DNA of 64,000 nucleotides from IMG/VR virus record IMGVR_UViG_3300008117_000001. One strand, written 5' to 3'. A program made the translations under genes and the position numbers. This document shows, piece after piece, positions 27,674 to 38,200 of the stretch (position 1 is its first letter; each line of letters opens with the position of its first letter). The stretch comes from a virus. A model generated the notes under the pieces. The model did no database searches. It saw nothing but the letters and a program-made list of their open reading frames with translations, and was not told where the DNA came from.

Positions 27674-28541
27674 TGTATGGGCAGTTGGAATGGCAAGAGA
27701 TGAGGGTGATATCATATATCACACCATGATTCATCTCGCTGCAAATAAAGTAAACGGAATTATTATTGCAGATAATTTATCCAAAGATAATACCTGGGAA
27801 CAAATGAATCTAGCCAAGGAGCACATACAATCGCATGGATGCGATACTCAAGTTGTTCTTTTAAAAGATGATGTTGTCGGATATACTCAAAGTGAAAAGA
27901 TGACCGCTCTAGCGCAAAGAGCTAGAGAAAATGGTGCACAGTGGATTATTCCTTTTGATATAGATGAAATTTGGTTTTCGCCAAATCAAACTCTTTCTGA
28001 TGCCTTCAGTCAACTAGATGCCGAAAACGTTGACGTATATAGAACGTTATACACAAATCATTCCGTAACAGAATATGACACCCCAGGGAAATCGCCATTT
28101 CATTCAATGCAATATAAATGGGATCTCCCAACAAACCATAAGAGCTGCTTTAGGTTTAGAAAAAACGATGCTTTTGTCAAGATTTCAAATGGAAATCATT
28201 TTGTTCAACATAACGGTGGGAATATTGGCGCTAATGTCAACGTTTACATTGACGATTATGGTCATGATCGGATTGTTTTTGGTCCACAGATTCTTGCCAT
28301 TAGACATTTCCAGTGGAGATCTCTTGATCATTTTATTAAAAAAGTGACGAATGCCTATGAAGCGTGTAAAGCTCTTCCTAGCAATCATGATTTATATAAA
28401 GGTGCTGCATGGTGGCAAGAGTTTGAAGAATTCGAAGCAAATGGCGTACCTGGCTTAGAAAAAATGTATTACAAAAATATTTTAGTACAGGGAGATTTGG
28501 GCAGATTGATACATGACCCAGCCCCAATAATGGAGTTGTGA
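27666..28541 (+). CDS. glycosyltransferase family 2-like (Glyco_tranf_2_4 type)
   Basis: RDEGDII, ADNLSKDNT, WIIPFDIDE, IRHFQWRS; start MSNVWAV with GGAG SD. Confidence 0.82.
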   Translation: MSNVWAVGMARDEGDIIYHTMIHLAANKVNGIIIADNLSKDNTWEQMNLAKEHIQSHGCDTQVVLLKDDVVGYTQSEKMTALAQRARENGAQWIIPFDIDEIWFSPNQTLSDAFSQLDAENVDVYRTLYTNHSVTEYDTPGKSPFHSMQYKWDLPTNHKSCFRFRKNDAFVKISNGNHFVQHNGGNIGANVNVYIDDYGHDRIVFGPQILAIRHFQWRSLDHFIKKVTNAYEACKALPSNHDLYKGAAWWQEFEEFEANGVPGLEKMYYKNILVQGDLGRLIHDPAPIMEL

Positions 28542-29197
28542 TGAATAAAGTTTCTTTGATAATAATAACTGACGGCAGACAAGCATGTATTTCTGAAACA
28601 ATACCGTCCATGCGTAAAAATTTAAACTATAATTTTTATGAGAAAATAATAATTAATGATTCAGCAGATCTTAGATATCATCAATATTTAATGTCTAATT
28701 ATCCAGATTTTCGTATAGTTTCACATGAAACTAGAAGAGGTTTGGCTGGAGCAGTACAGTCAGCATGGACTTCCGTTTCTCGTGATTCAGATTATATTTT
28801 TCATTTAGAAGATGACTTCTTGTTTAATCAGGAAATCAGTATTGAAAATCTTATATCACTTCTTGAATCTAATCCTAATCTTGTTCAAATGGCTTTGGTG
28901 CGCGCTCCGGTTAATCCGCCCGAAGAAGAGGTGGGCGGATTTGTCTTTCAACACTTAGAAGACTACACTCAAAAGGATGGCTTTTTTGAACATGGTAGAT
29001 TGTTTACTTTAAATCCTTGTTTGTATCCAATGTCTACCGTAAGAATGGGGTGGCCAGATCATGGTGGCGAATCTGAATTCACTTCAAAAGTTCACTCGTT
29101 AAATGACAGTTATAGATTTGGTTTTTATGGAGAAATATATGATAAGCCATATGTGACGCATATTGGTGGAAGAAGAAGTGAAGGATGGTTCCTATAA
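28538..29197 (+). CDS. glycosyltransferase family 2
   Basis: IINDSAD, GLAGAVQSAW, FHLEDDF, HIGGRRS. Confidence 0.8.
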   Translation: MMNKVSLIIITDGRQACISETIPSMRKNLNYNFYEKIIINDSADLRYHQYLMSNYPDFRIVSHETRRGLAGAVQSAWTSVSRDSDYIFHLEDDFLFNQEISIENLISLLESNPNLVQMALVRAPVNPPEEEVGGFVFQHLEDYTQKDGFFEHGRLFTLNPCLYPMSTVRMGWPDHGGESEFTSKVHSLNDSYRFGFYGEIYDKPYVTHIGGRRSEGWFL

Positions 29198-29908
29198 ATG
29201 CAAAAAGAAATTATAGTAAATAAAAATAATATTTCCTTTAAAGTAGAAGACAGCAAAGAGCTCCATCAAGATGTTGGTTATAATTTTTGGTCAGAAAAAT
29301 ATTCTTCTTGGGAGAATAGCACTTTTCAAGTATTAGATAAGTATTTATCAAAAGATAAAGATTATTTAGATATAGGCTCATGGGTTGGACCAACGGCAAT
29401 CTACGCTTCATTTCTAAGCAGAAGAGTATTTGCCGTAGAGCCAGACCCTACCGCCTATAAGATCCTGCAAAAAAATATTTCCTTAAACTCAATTACCAAT
29501 ATAATTCACTTTAACGCCGCTGCTTCAAATTTACAAACAGCTTACCTCAAACCAAATAGGTTCTTTGGAGATTCAATGACAAGAGTCTCAGAGAATGCAT
29601 CTTCGGGTATTGCTGTTAAAGCAATGGGTCTAGATGAGTTAATTTCGCTTGGAGATTTTTCTTTAATAAAAATTGATATTGAGGGACACGAGTTTCAACT
29701 AATCAAAGAATACATAAAAGTTTTAAACCAAGCAAAGATACCATTATTTTTATCTCTGCACACTCCCTTTTTTAATAATGGCGAATCCTTACTTAAAGAA
29801 CTCACGCAAAATCTTGCTAATACAAAACAGGTATTTGATGAGCAGGGTAGAAAAATAAGCTTAGAACAAATAGACAGTAGTTTTGGAAGTTATTTATTTT
29901 TGTGGTAG
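29198..29908 (+). CDS. FkbM-family SAM methyltransferase
   Basis: YLDIGSWVG, AVEPDP, LIKIDIEGHE. Confidence 0.88.
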   Translation: MQKEIIVNKNNISFKVEDSKELHQDVGYNFWSEKYSSWENSTFQVLDKYLSKDKDYLDIGSWVGPTAIYASFLSRRVFAVEPDPTAYKILQKNISLNSITNIIHFNAAASNLQTAYLKPNRFFGDSMTRVSENASSGIAVKAMGLDELISLGDFSLIKIDIEGHEFQLIKEYIKVLNQAKIPLFLSLHTPFFNNGESLLKELTQNLANTKQVFDEQGRKISLEQIDSSFGSYLFLW

Positions 29909-29912
29909 TTTT

Positions 29913-30551
29913 ATGGATTTAATAATCATTGGAGCGGGCGGACATGCTGTTGACCTGACCTATCTATCTGAAAATGATAAATATATTAAATGGAACATTA
30001 TAGGTTATCTAGATGATGATCCGGTAAATAGGTATAGCGACAAGACGATAGGGCCGGTTTCATCGCTGAGCGTTTATTTAAATAAATATAAAAATTTAAA
30101 ATATTGTATTGCCATTAACTCCTCAATAATAAGAAAAAAAATAGACTTACTCTATGGAGACGATGAAAAGTCAGCTAATTTGATCCATGAGACAGCTTTA
30201 ATAGGTAGCGAGTGCTCATATGGTAATGGCATTACTATGGGGCCATATTCTTTATTAACAACAAATGTTAAGATAGGCAAGCATGTCCATATTAATTCTG
30301 CAGCGTCGATTAATCAATCTAGCTTTATAGGAGACTACTGCACGGTAAGTCCCGGCGTTAGGGTTTGTGGGGATGTTAAAGTTGGCGACACCACTTCTAT
30401 AGGGGCTGGCGCAGTGATTATTAATTTCAAATCAATAGGAAGAGAATGTACACTGGGCGCTGGCACTGTAGTCATAGATAATATAAGCGATCATACAACT
30501 GTAGTCGGAGTGCCCGGTAGGGAAATAAAGAAGTTTGGCGAATATATTTAA
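29913..30551 (+). CDS. NeuD/PglD-family sugar O-acetyltransferase
   Basis: IIGAGGHA, GYLDD, hexapeptide repeats, VVGVPGR. Confidence 0.9.
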   Translation: MDLIIIGAGGHAVDLTYLSENDKYIKWNIIGYLDDDPVNRYSDKTIGPVSSLSVYLNKYKNLKYCIAINSSIIRKKIDLLYGDDEKSANLIHETALIGSECSYGNGITMGPYSLLTTNVKIGKHVHINSAASINQSSFIGDYCTVSPGVRVCGDVKVGDTTSIGAGAVIINFKSIGRECTLGAGTVVIDNISDHTTVVGVPGREIKKFGEYI

Positions 30552-30600
30552 GCTAGATTAGTTACTATATTGTTGTTAAATATTATGTAAGGAGTAAGTC

Positions 30601-30804
30601 ATGGCCGGAAAAAAACCCGCAAAGAAAAATGTATCCAATACACCCGTAGCTACTTTAAAAGTAGAGCAACCAGGTAAGCCAGTATTATATGTCGGATTAA
30701 AAGGTGTTTCCTTTACTTGTCCAACATGTAGTCGTCAACTCCAGCGAGGTATGGTTTACGAGCATAATAATCAAAAATTTTGTTCAAGAAATTGTATCAA
30801 GTAA
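30601..30804 (+). CDS. small protein with basic N-terminus and zinc finger
   Basis: MAGKKPAKK; CPTC and FCSRNC. Confidence 0.7.
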   Translation: MAGKKPAKKNVSNTPVATLKVEQPGKPVLYVGLKGVSFTCPTCSRQLQRGMVYEHNNQKFCSRNCIK

Positions 30805-30813
30805 TATATAGCA

Positions 30814-31983
30814 ATGTTTTTCCCTGCGCAAGAGTTTGAGCCAGAGTATGTACCAAAAGTTGGACTAACGCCATTTGAAGTTTCAAAAACAGTTTCCCAT
30901 AAAGGTACTCCAATATTTCAATTGACAGATACAGCCGATATGGCTAGTGATGATTTATTGAAATATCTTTCAGGATTAGATCCAAGAATTCTTGAGAATA
31001 TGCCACAAGAAGTAATGGATGAGATTAATTCTGGGAATATAAGCCATATTTTTCAAACTGATCCATCTACATCTCAAAAATATTTAGACATGACTCCTTC
31101 TGAGCAAAAAGCTCTTGAAGGCAAAGGGTCCATATACCTCAGAACAAAAGAGGGAAGAACAGCTAGATTTAAGCTTCCAGAAATATCTGACGGAGATGCT
31201 GGATGGAATGCCAATAAGGGTAATTCCATTTTTATGGATCAAACAATTTATGATACTACAGAAAATACAAGAAGCTTATCTGCAGCTGAAGCGCTTAAAA
31301 AAAATGTTCAAAGAGGAGAAAGGGCTGCAGAAACTGTAGATGAAAAAATATTAAGATCTAATGTAGTCGAAGAGATTTTATCTGGTTCAAAAACTTTAAC
31401 TGGCGCTGGCTCAGGAGTTGCCGTCCCTACCGCTACAGTGACTACTGGACCTACACCCGGAGCAGTTCCTCCAACACCTACGGTAACAACTGGGCCTACG
31501 CCCGGAGCAGTTCCTCCAACACCTACGGTAACAACTGGGCCTACGCCCGGAGCATTTCCTCCAACACCTACGGTAACAACTGGGCCAACTCCACCTAAGA
31601 AACCAATTGGCAGACCTGTTATATCAGCTAATACTACTGCTCCAACACCAACTGCTGCTGGAGCTCAGCAAACAGCACAAGCTACAACTCAATCAGGAAA
31701 TGCAACCCCACCACCAAAGGCTACAATACATTCCAATGCTCCAACGCCACCAAGGCCGTCTAGTGGTGCACCGGCAAAAGCACCTGGGAAAATGAGAGCA
31801 TTAGCTGATGATGTTTCTGCAGCAGTGACCAAAGGTCCAAACGGTGCCAGAAATTTAAAGATGCTCGGCATAGCTGGTGCCCTTGGTGTAGCTGGTTTTG
31901 GTTTATCTCGTGGCACTCGTTCTGTTCAAGACGAAAATGAAACAAATAAAAGATTAGAAATGCAGCGCAGAGGAATTATATAG
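30814..31983 (+). CDS. hypothetical protein with Pro/Thr repeats and C-terminal hydrophobic segment
   Basis: TPGAVPPTPTVTTGP x3; MLGIAGALGVAGFGL near the C-terminus. Confidence 0.8.
   Translation: MFFPAQEFEPEYVPKVGLTPFEVSKTVSHKGTPIFQLTDTADMASDDLLKYLSGLDPRILENMPQEVMDEINSGNISHIFQTDPSTSQKYLDMTPSEQKALEGKGSIYLRTKEGRTARFKLPEISDGDAGWNANKGNSIFMDQTIYDTTENTRSLSAAEALKKNVQRGERAAETVDEKILRSNVVEEILSGSKTLTGAGSGVAVPTATVTTGPTPGAVPPTPTVTTGPTPGAVPPTPTVTTGPTPGAFPPTPTVTTGPTPPKKPIGRPVISANTTAPTPTAAGAQQTAQATTQSGNATPPPKATIHSNAPTPPRPSSGAPAKAPGKMRALADDVSAAVTKGPNGARNLKMLGIAGALGVAGFGLSRGTRSVQDENETNKRLEMQRRGII
31456..31590 (+). repeat. 45-bp tandem repeat, 3 copies
   Basis: cccggagcagttcctccaacacctacggtaacaactgggcctacg, near-identical copies. 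Confidence 0.9.
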
Positions 31984-32030
31984 TATAATATCGTTACTAT
32001 ATGTATTAAATCTAAATAGGAGAATATCAT

Positions 32031-32354
32031 ATGTCAATTTATTGGTTAGCCGAATTTCTAGAGCAAATGGAACAAAAGCTTGCTCCAGCAGAAGCAGAGT
32101 ATGTTAACGCCATGATTGGCATTGTTGGCAAGTATGGCAAGTTAGCCAATGGTGACGCTAATGGCATATGGGTTGGCTATGTGCCTGCAATGGAAAATGA
32201 TAACCTTCCAATAGGTGTCAAGTGTGGAAACTGCGCCTTCTATGAAGGCAATGGCGTGTGCAAGATTGTTGCTCAAACTGTAGAGGAAGATGGTTATTGT
32301 AGACTCGCTGCAATTTGGCAGGGCGCAGTAAAAGGTGGACCTAAGGATGAATAA
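32031..32354 (+). CDS. HiPIP-like four-Cys protein 1
   Basis: CGNCAFY..GVCKIV..V..DGYC. Confidence 0.65.
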   Translation: MSIYWLAEFLEQMEQKLAPAEAEYVNAMIGIVGKYGKLANGDANGIWVGYVPAMENDNLPIGVKCGNCAFYEGNGVCKIVAQTVEEDGYCRLAAIWQGAVKGGPKDE

Positions 32355-32721
32355 TTATTGGTTATCAGAATATTCTAATGGCGATGATGAAGAAATGCCA
32401 GAAGACGAGATGCCTGAGGAAGAACCTGAGGACGAAGAGGATCCAGATGATCCTGAGGAAAAATTAAATCCTCGTCAAAAAATGATGTATGATCACTATG
32501 AGCATTTAGTGGAAATGTTTGGCAAGTTTGACCAAACAGCTAAAGCTAACGGTGCACACTACGCACCGTCTAAGTTAAATCCTTTTATTAAACAGGGAAT
32601 GGTTTGTTCTAACTGTGTATTTTTTATGGGTGGACAGGGATGCGAAATTGTAGCTGGGAAGATAGAGTCAAACGCTATTTGTAAGCTGTGGATTATTCCT
32701 GAAGATCTTATAGTTAAATAA
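32347..32721 (+). CDS. HiPIP-like four-Cys protein 2 with acidic N-terminus
   Basis: CSNCVFF..GCEIVAGKI..NAICKLW; D/E/P-rich leader. Confidence 0.68.
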   Translation: MNNYWLSEYSNGDDEEMPEDEMPEEEPEDEEDPDDPEEKLNPRQKMMYDHYEHLVEMFGKFDQTAKANGAHYAPSKLNPFIKQGMVCSNCVFFMGGQGCEIVAGKIESNAICKLWIIPEDLIVK

Positions 32722-32723
32722 GA

Positions 32724-32912
32724 TCAATCAGAATCATCCATTTCTTTTTTGATCACAGCGCCAAATAGAACTATTATCAATGTAATAACGCTGATCTTTA
32801 TGCCCCATGTTTGTATGTCGCCAGACAAAGTAATGAGAACCAATATAGTTCCAGCTATTGTCCAAGCTTGTTCGTAAAGTGCAGTTATTAATTTAGTCAT
32901 AAATTTTTTCAT
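32724..32912 (-). CDS. small two-TM membrane protein
   Basis: AWTIAGTILVLITL and ISVITLIIVLFGAVI. Confidence 0.7.
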   Translation of the reverse strand: MKKFMTKLITALYEQAWTIAGTILVLITLSGDIQTWGIKISVITLIIVLFGAVIKKEMDDSD

Positions 32913-32930
32913 TATTATATCTCCCTGTTG

Positions 32931-35111
32931 TTATCTTCTTCTTGGAGCTCCAGCTACTGGAGCAACGGCTATAACTGCACCAGCAGCTATGACCGCTCTT
33001 CTTTGTCCTACATTTATGCTGGAACCCAGAGGCACATAAGTATTTAAGCTTCCGGAACCAAATATATTTATTTCTTCTTCAAATGAAGAACGTACTTCTT
33101 CTGGAGCATCTTGCACCGCACCAATAATCTCCAAAGCTTGCTCTTCTGTTATTTCATCTATCGGAATTTCAGCAAAGATCTCATCTGCTTGATCTCCGTC
33201 GATAGAAGATAGTACCTCTGCACTTGTAGCAATCTCAGTTGCTTGATCTTCTGTTATTCCATTTTCAATAATTGCATCGACGGCTTCTTGAACTTGCTCA
33301 TCAGTGACTGTGTCACTGCTTAAGACATCAACTAGTTCTTCGAATTGTTCATCACTTAATGGTTGATCTAAAACAGCGTCGATAACTGCAGTAAATTCTT
33401 CATCGCTTAGTGGCTCTTCAAACACTGTATCAAGTACTTCGGCAAAGGCTTCGTCACTTAGTTCTTCTGTAAACACTTGATCAATAACTTCTGTAAACTG
33501 TTCTGCAGATAGATCGCCAGATAATAATTCTGTAGCTGCAGCGACCAGCTCTTCTTCATTATCAGCTGAAGTTAAAATTTCATCTACGGCATTGGCAAAT
33601 TCTTCTTCAGTTAGATTTCCAGATAAGATTTCATCTACTTGATCAGATATCTCTTCTGGAACCGTAGTTTCGGGTTCTGGTTCTGTGATTTCTGGTTCAG
33701 GAATAATTATTTCTGGCTCTGTAGTTTCAGGTTCGGGTATTGTGATTTCTGGTTCAGGAATAATTACCGGCGGTTCTGTATCCGGAGGGATAACAACTGG
33801 AGGAATAACTTCTGGCTCAGTTGTAGTTGTAGTTTCTGGTTCTGTTACAACTGGAGCTTCAGTAGTAGTTGTCTCTGGTTCTGTAGTTGTTGTTGGAGGT
33901 TCTGTAGTTGTGGTAGTAGTAGTGGTCGTAGGCGGCGGTGGTGCGCTAACTACAAATTGAATACCAGAGGACGGTTGTGAGTACACACCGGTTGTGTCGT
34001 TATCTGCGCGAACCGTGAAGGTATACTCAGTGCCAAGACCACCAGTTCCCTCAAATAGTGAATAGCCAAGAAATATCTCGGTATTTAATGCGCTTGCATC
34101 GCCAACATTTCCGGTTGCAACGCCCCATCCAGCAGAGCCAGTGCTCCATGAGATTGCATACCGCTCTGGAGAAACTCCAGTATCGTCGTTTGCCACTTCC
34201 CAGTCAACAAGTACACCCTCACCGGTGTCTGTGACAGTAACGCTCTGGGGAACTCCAAGAAAGTTGGGTATAGTTGTTGTAGTTGTAGGTGTTTCGCCGG
34301 AAGTACCAAGAATACGAATGTAATACCCGCACCAGTTACTTCCCCAGTCATAGGTTGAGACGCCATTTGCAGTACTACCTACATAGGATGGGTAGTTGTC
34401 TACCAGATATGGTTCAATGATCGCGGTTTCGCCAACGTCAATTAAACCAGCGTGAACAGCAGCTGAAGAAAACGTTGAGTCATCTGTGTAGGGATTGGAA
34501 CCCCAGATTGCGCCACCAGAAGTTCCAGTGACAGTAAAGGCTTGATATGGACCGCAGCCATTATTTCCAGGAGTAAAAGGCAGTGGTGCTGGAGTGATAG
34601 ATAAATTTACATTATCAATGCTCGGACCGTAGTGCCCAGCCCAGTATCCATTGTCTATACCACTAAAGGTTATTGTAGCGGTTGTTGCTCCCTCAGGAAT
34701 GGTAATGGACAAACTGAAGTTTTCCAGGTTATGGGAAATAGATCTAGTGACCGTAGCTGAAGCGGGAGAGGGGGAGTCTGAGGATAGAGTTGCTGTCCAG
34801 GTGTCTGACACAGCACCTTGGCCTATGCTATTCGTCGTACTATTATTAACCACAAATGAAAAATTTATAATCTCTCCTGGTGTGACAGGAATAGATTGAA
34901 AAACTTCGCCCGTTTCATAAGAAAATTGCAAAGAGCCATTGAATAAAACTCCAGAGCCTCCGTTCTGGGAGACAGTCCATCCGGAGGATCCATTAAAGTC
35001 TCCATTGACAAAAGTGTTACTTGCTTGCGCACTGGATAGTGGTGCAAAAAATCCTACAACAGCTATACTTACCGTTGATAATCTAAATAAATTACTTATA
35101 AAATTCCGCAT
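32931..35111 (-). CDS. large secreted/surface protein: carbohydrate-binding-like domain, LCCL, FN3-like, acidic repeats
   Basis: Signal peptide; NGDF..GW..YGPSIDNV; VTG..IWGSNPYTDDS..SAAVHAG (LCCL); P/T/E linker; EQF.E.ID.V repeats; hydrophobic C-terminus; start chosen by GGAG SD. Confidence 0.8.
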   Translation of the reverse strand: MRNFISNLFRLSTVSIAVVGFFAPLSSAQASNTFVNGDFNGSSGWTVSQNGGSGVLFNGSLQFSYETGEVFQSIPVTPGEIINFSFVVNNSTTNSIGQGAVSDTWTATLSSDSPSPASATVTRSISHNLENFSLSITIPEGATTATITFSGIDNGYWAGHYGPSIDNVNLSITPAPLPFTPGNNGCGPYQAFTVTGTSGGAIWGSNPYTDDSTFSSAAVHAGLIDVGETAIIEPYLVDNYPSYVGSTANGVSTYDWGSNWCGYYIRILGTSGETPTTTTTIPNFLGVPQSVTVTDTGEGVLVDWEVANDDTGVSPERYAISWSTGSAGWGVATGNVGDASALNTEIFLGYSLFEGTGGLGTEYTFTVRADNDTTGVYSQPSSGIQFVVSAPPPPTTTTTTTTTEPPTTTTEPETTTTEAPVVTEPETTTTTEPEVIPPVVIPPDTEPPVIIPEPEITIPEPETTEPEIIIPEPEITEPEPETTVPEEISDQVDEILSGNLTEEEFANAVDEILTSADNEEELVAAATELLSGDLSAEQFTEVIDQVFTEELSDEAFAEVLDTVFEEPLSDEEFTAVIDAVLDQPLSDEQFEELVDVLSSDTVTDEQVQEAVDAIIENGITEDQATEIATSAEVLSSIDGDQADEIFAEIPIDEITEEQALEIIGAVQDAPEEVRSSFEEEINIFGSGSLNTYVPLGSSINVGQRRAVIAAGAVIAVAPVAGAPRRR

Positions 35112-35247
35112 AAAGACTCCCATCCTCTTGTGCAATAGTAAGACTAAACTCCTTGAATCAAATTGACTTTAACTAGCGCAAAGCTGAAAAATATGTTACT
35201 ATTGTTCTATAAAGCGCTTACTTTATCTATTTTTATAGAGGTTTTTA

Positions 35248-38200
35248 ATGGCCAATACCCTTGTTATAAAAAATTCAGGTACTTCTACGTCCGTACCCTC
35301 TGCTCTGACTCATGGTGAAGTAGCAATCAATTATGCAGACGGTAAAATATTTTATAAAAACGCATCTAATACTATCGTTGCTTCTAAATTAATTACTGCA
35401 ATTACTGGAACAACAGATCAAATAAATGTAACTGAAACATCTGGTTCTTTTGCAATTAGCTTACCATCCTCTATATCAGTTACCAATAATGTAACTGCTG
35501 GAGGCTATCTTATTTCTAACAACTCATCTGGTGATGAGGGTGGTGAAATATTCCTAAAGAAAGCTGTTACAAATACCACTCTGACTGGTGGTGTTACCAT
35601 TGATGTCTATCAAAACAGGCTTCGTTTTTTTGAGCAGGGGGGGACAGCCAGGGGTTTTTATATTGACATAAGTACTGGAGGCAATGGTGCCAGTACGGAC
35701 ATTCTTGCTGGCGTACAGGGCCCCCAAGGTGCCCAAGGCCCCCAAGGTGCAACTGGATCACAAGGCGCTACCGGCCCTCAGGGTACACAAGGCCCCCAAG
35801 GTGCTACGGGTTCCCAGGGTTCACAAGGGCCACAGGGGGACATTGGCCCCCAAGGTGCCACAGGTCCCCAAGGTTCTACTGGGCCACAAGGTTCTACCGG
35901 TCCCCAGGGAGATGTGGGTCCACAGGGTGCACAAGGAGCAACAGGATCTCAAGGCCCGCAAGGGGCAGTAGGAGCACAGGGAGCTACTGGGCCCCAAGGT
36001 TCAACTGGAGCACAAGGCGCTACGGGTCCACAAGGAGACGCTGGACCCCAAGGCGCAACTGGCCCCCAAGGTTCTACGGGAGCACAAGGGGCAACTGGAG
36101 CACAAGGACCACAGGGTGATATTGGTCCACAGGGGGCAACTGGACCACAAGGTGCACAGGGAGATGTTGGTTCACAAGGGGCTACTGGCCCCCAAGGTGC
36201 TCAAGGTGCCACAGGCGCGCAAGGCCCACAAGGCGCTACTGGCCCCCAAGGTGCCACTGGACCTCAGGGTTCAACTGGAGCACAAGGCGCTCAGGGTCCA
36301 GTTGGTGGAGATGGTCCACAGGGTGACGTTGGCCCTCAAGGCGCTACTGGCCCTCAGGGAGCAACAGGGGCTCAGGGTCCACAGGGGGCTACCGGAGCAC
36401 AAGGCTCAACGGGAGCCCAAGGAGCTACAGGCGCCCAAGGACCGCAAGGTCCTCAAGGAGATATAGGTCCTCAGGGAGCTACTGGTGCCCAGGGAGCTAC
36501 TGGTGCCCAAGGAGCCACGGGGGCACAAGGTGACACTGGACCACAGGGTTCGACTGGACCACAAGGAGATGTGGGTCCTCAAGGTGCAGTTGGCTCACAG
36601 GGAGCTCAAGGTGCAACGGGCCCCCAAGGTGCTACTGGCCCCCAAGGTTCTACTGGTCCTCAGGGGCCACAGGGCCCACAAGGAGATACTGGCCCGCAAG
36701 GTGCAACAGGTGCACAGGGTGCCACAGGCGCCCAAGGACCGCAAGGAGCTACTGGTTCTCAAGGCGCACAAGGAGTCCAGGGTTCACAAGGGCCACAAGG
36801 CCCAGTCGGAAACCTTAACTCACACGAATCAGTAAGAACCGCTACAAATGCAGCCCTTCCCAACTCTCCTACATATACTGCTGGTACTGCTGATGACAAT
36901 AACGGAACTGGCGATGGCGCGTATCTTCAAGCATCAACATTTGGTGCTCTTGTTGTTGACTCACGTACTGTTGTTGCCAACGACAGAGTTCTCGTTAAAA
37001 ACCAAATTAACCAAATCCATAACGGTATCTATGTTGTAACAACAGTTGGCGACGGCTCTACATATTGGCGACTAACTCGTACCTCCGACTTTGACAATAC
37101 CGATGGTACAGAAGTTCAAAACGGTGACTATGTTTTTGTTTCACTAGGAACAGCAAATACGGGTACATCTTGGATGATGAACTCAATCGGTACGAATCCA
37201 GACAATTCAATAATTATCGGAACAGACGGAATGAACTGGGTTAATGTTGGTGGTGCTGGTCCACAAGGCGCTCAAGGACCGCAAGGTGCTGGTGGAACAA
37301 TTGCATACTGGGGTTCATTTTGGTCAAATCAAGATCAAACCGCAGTAGCTGCAAATACAGCTTATGCAATAACTTATGATAATTATGATTCTAATAATTT
37401 TGGAGTAACACTTTCTAATAATTCAAGAATTAATTTCGGTTATGCTGGCGTATATTCTTTGACTTTCTCAGTCCAATGGGCAAACAGTGATAGTCAGATT
37501 CATGATGCAAATATCTGGTTTAAGAAGAATGGTTCTAATATTCCTGACTCAGATAGCCGATGGAGCGTTGTTGAAAGCCATGGCGGAACAGATGGTAGAG
37601 CCATAGGTACAGTTAACCTGGTCTTAAGCCTCAATGCTAATGACTATATTGAGTTGTTTTGGCAAACAACAAATACTGGTATATCACTTGATTATTTTCC
37701 AGCAGTTTCTCCAGCACCAGCAATTCCTTCTATTATATTTACCGCTGTTCAGGTTACCTATACACAAGTTGGACCTCAAGGGCCCCAAGGTGCAACGGGT
37801 TCTCAGGGGGCAACTGGACCCCAGGGCGCTACAGGCGCTCAAGGTGCTACTGGAGCGCAAGGGTCACAAGGTGCTACTGGAGCTCAGGGAGCCACAGGTG
37901 CCCAAGGAGATACAGGACCGCAAGGTTCAACAGGCGCTCAAGGTCCAATAGGACCTCAGGGTGACACTGGACCTCAGGGCCCTCAGGGATCTGTTGGCCC
38001 TCAAGGAGCCACTGGTCCTCAAGGAGCCACAGGTCCCCAAGGTGCAACTGGCCCACAAGGAGATGTCGGGCCCCAAGGTGCTACAGGTGCCCAGGGTGCA
38101 ACCGGACCACAGGGGGCACAGGGAGCCACAGGTCCTCAGGGCGCAACAGGCGCCCAAGGTGCTACTGGCGCTCAAGGAGATGTTGGTCCACAGGGTTCCG

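Noticed and set aside
33639-34899. Plus-strand ORFs opposite the LCCL protein
   Set aside because: Antisense shadows of the low-complexity Thr/Glu/Pro linker
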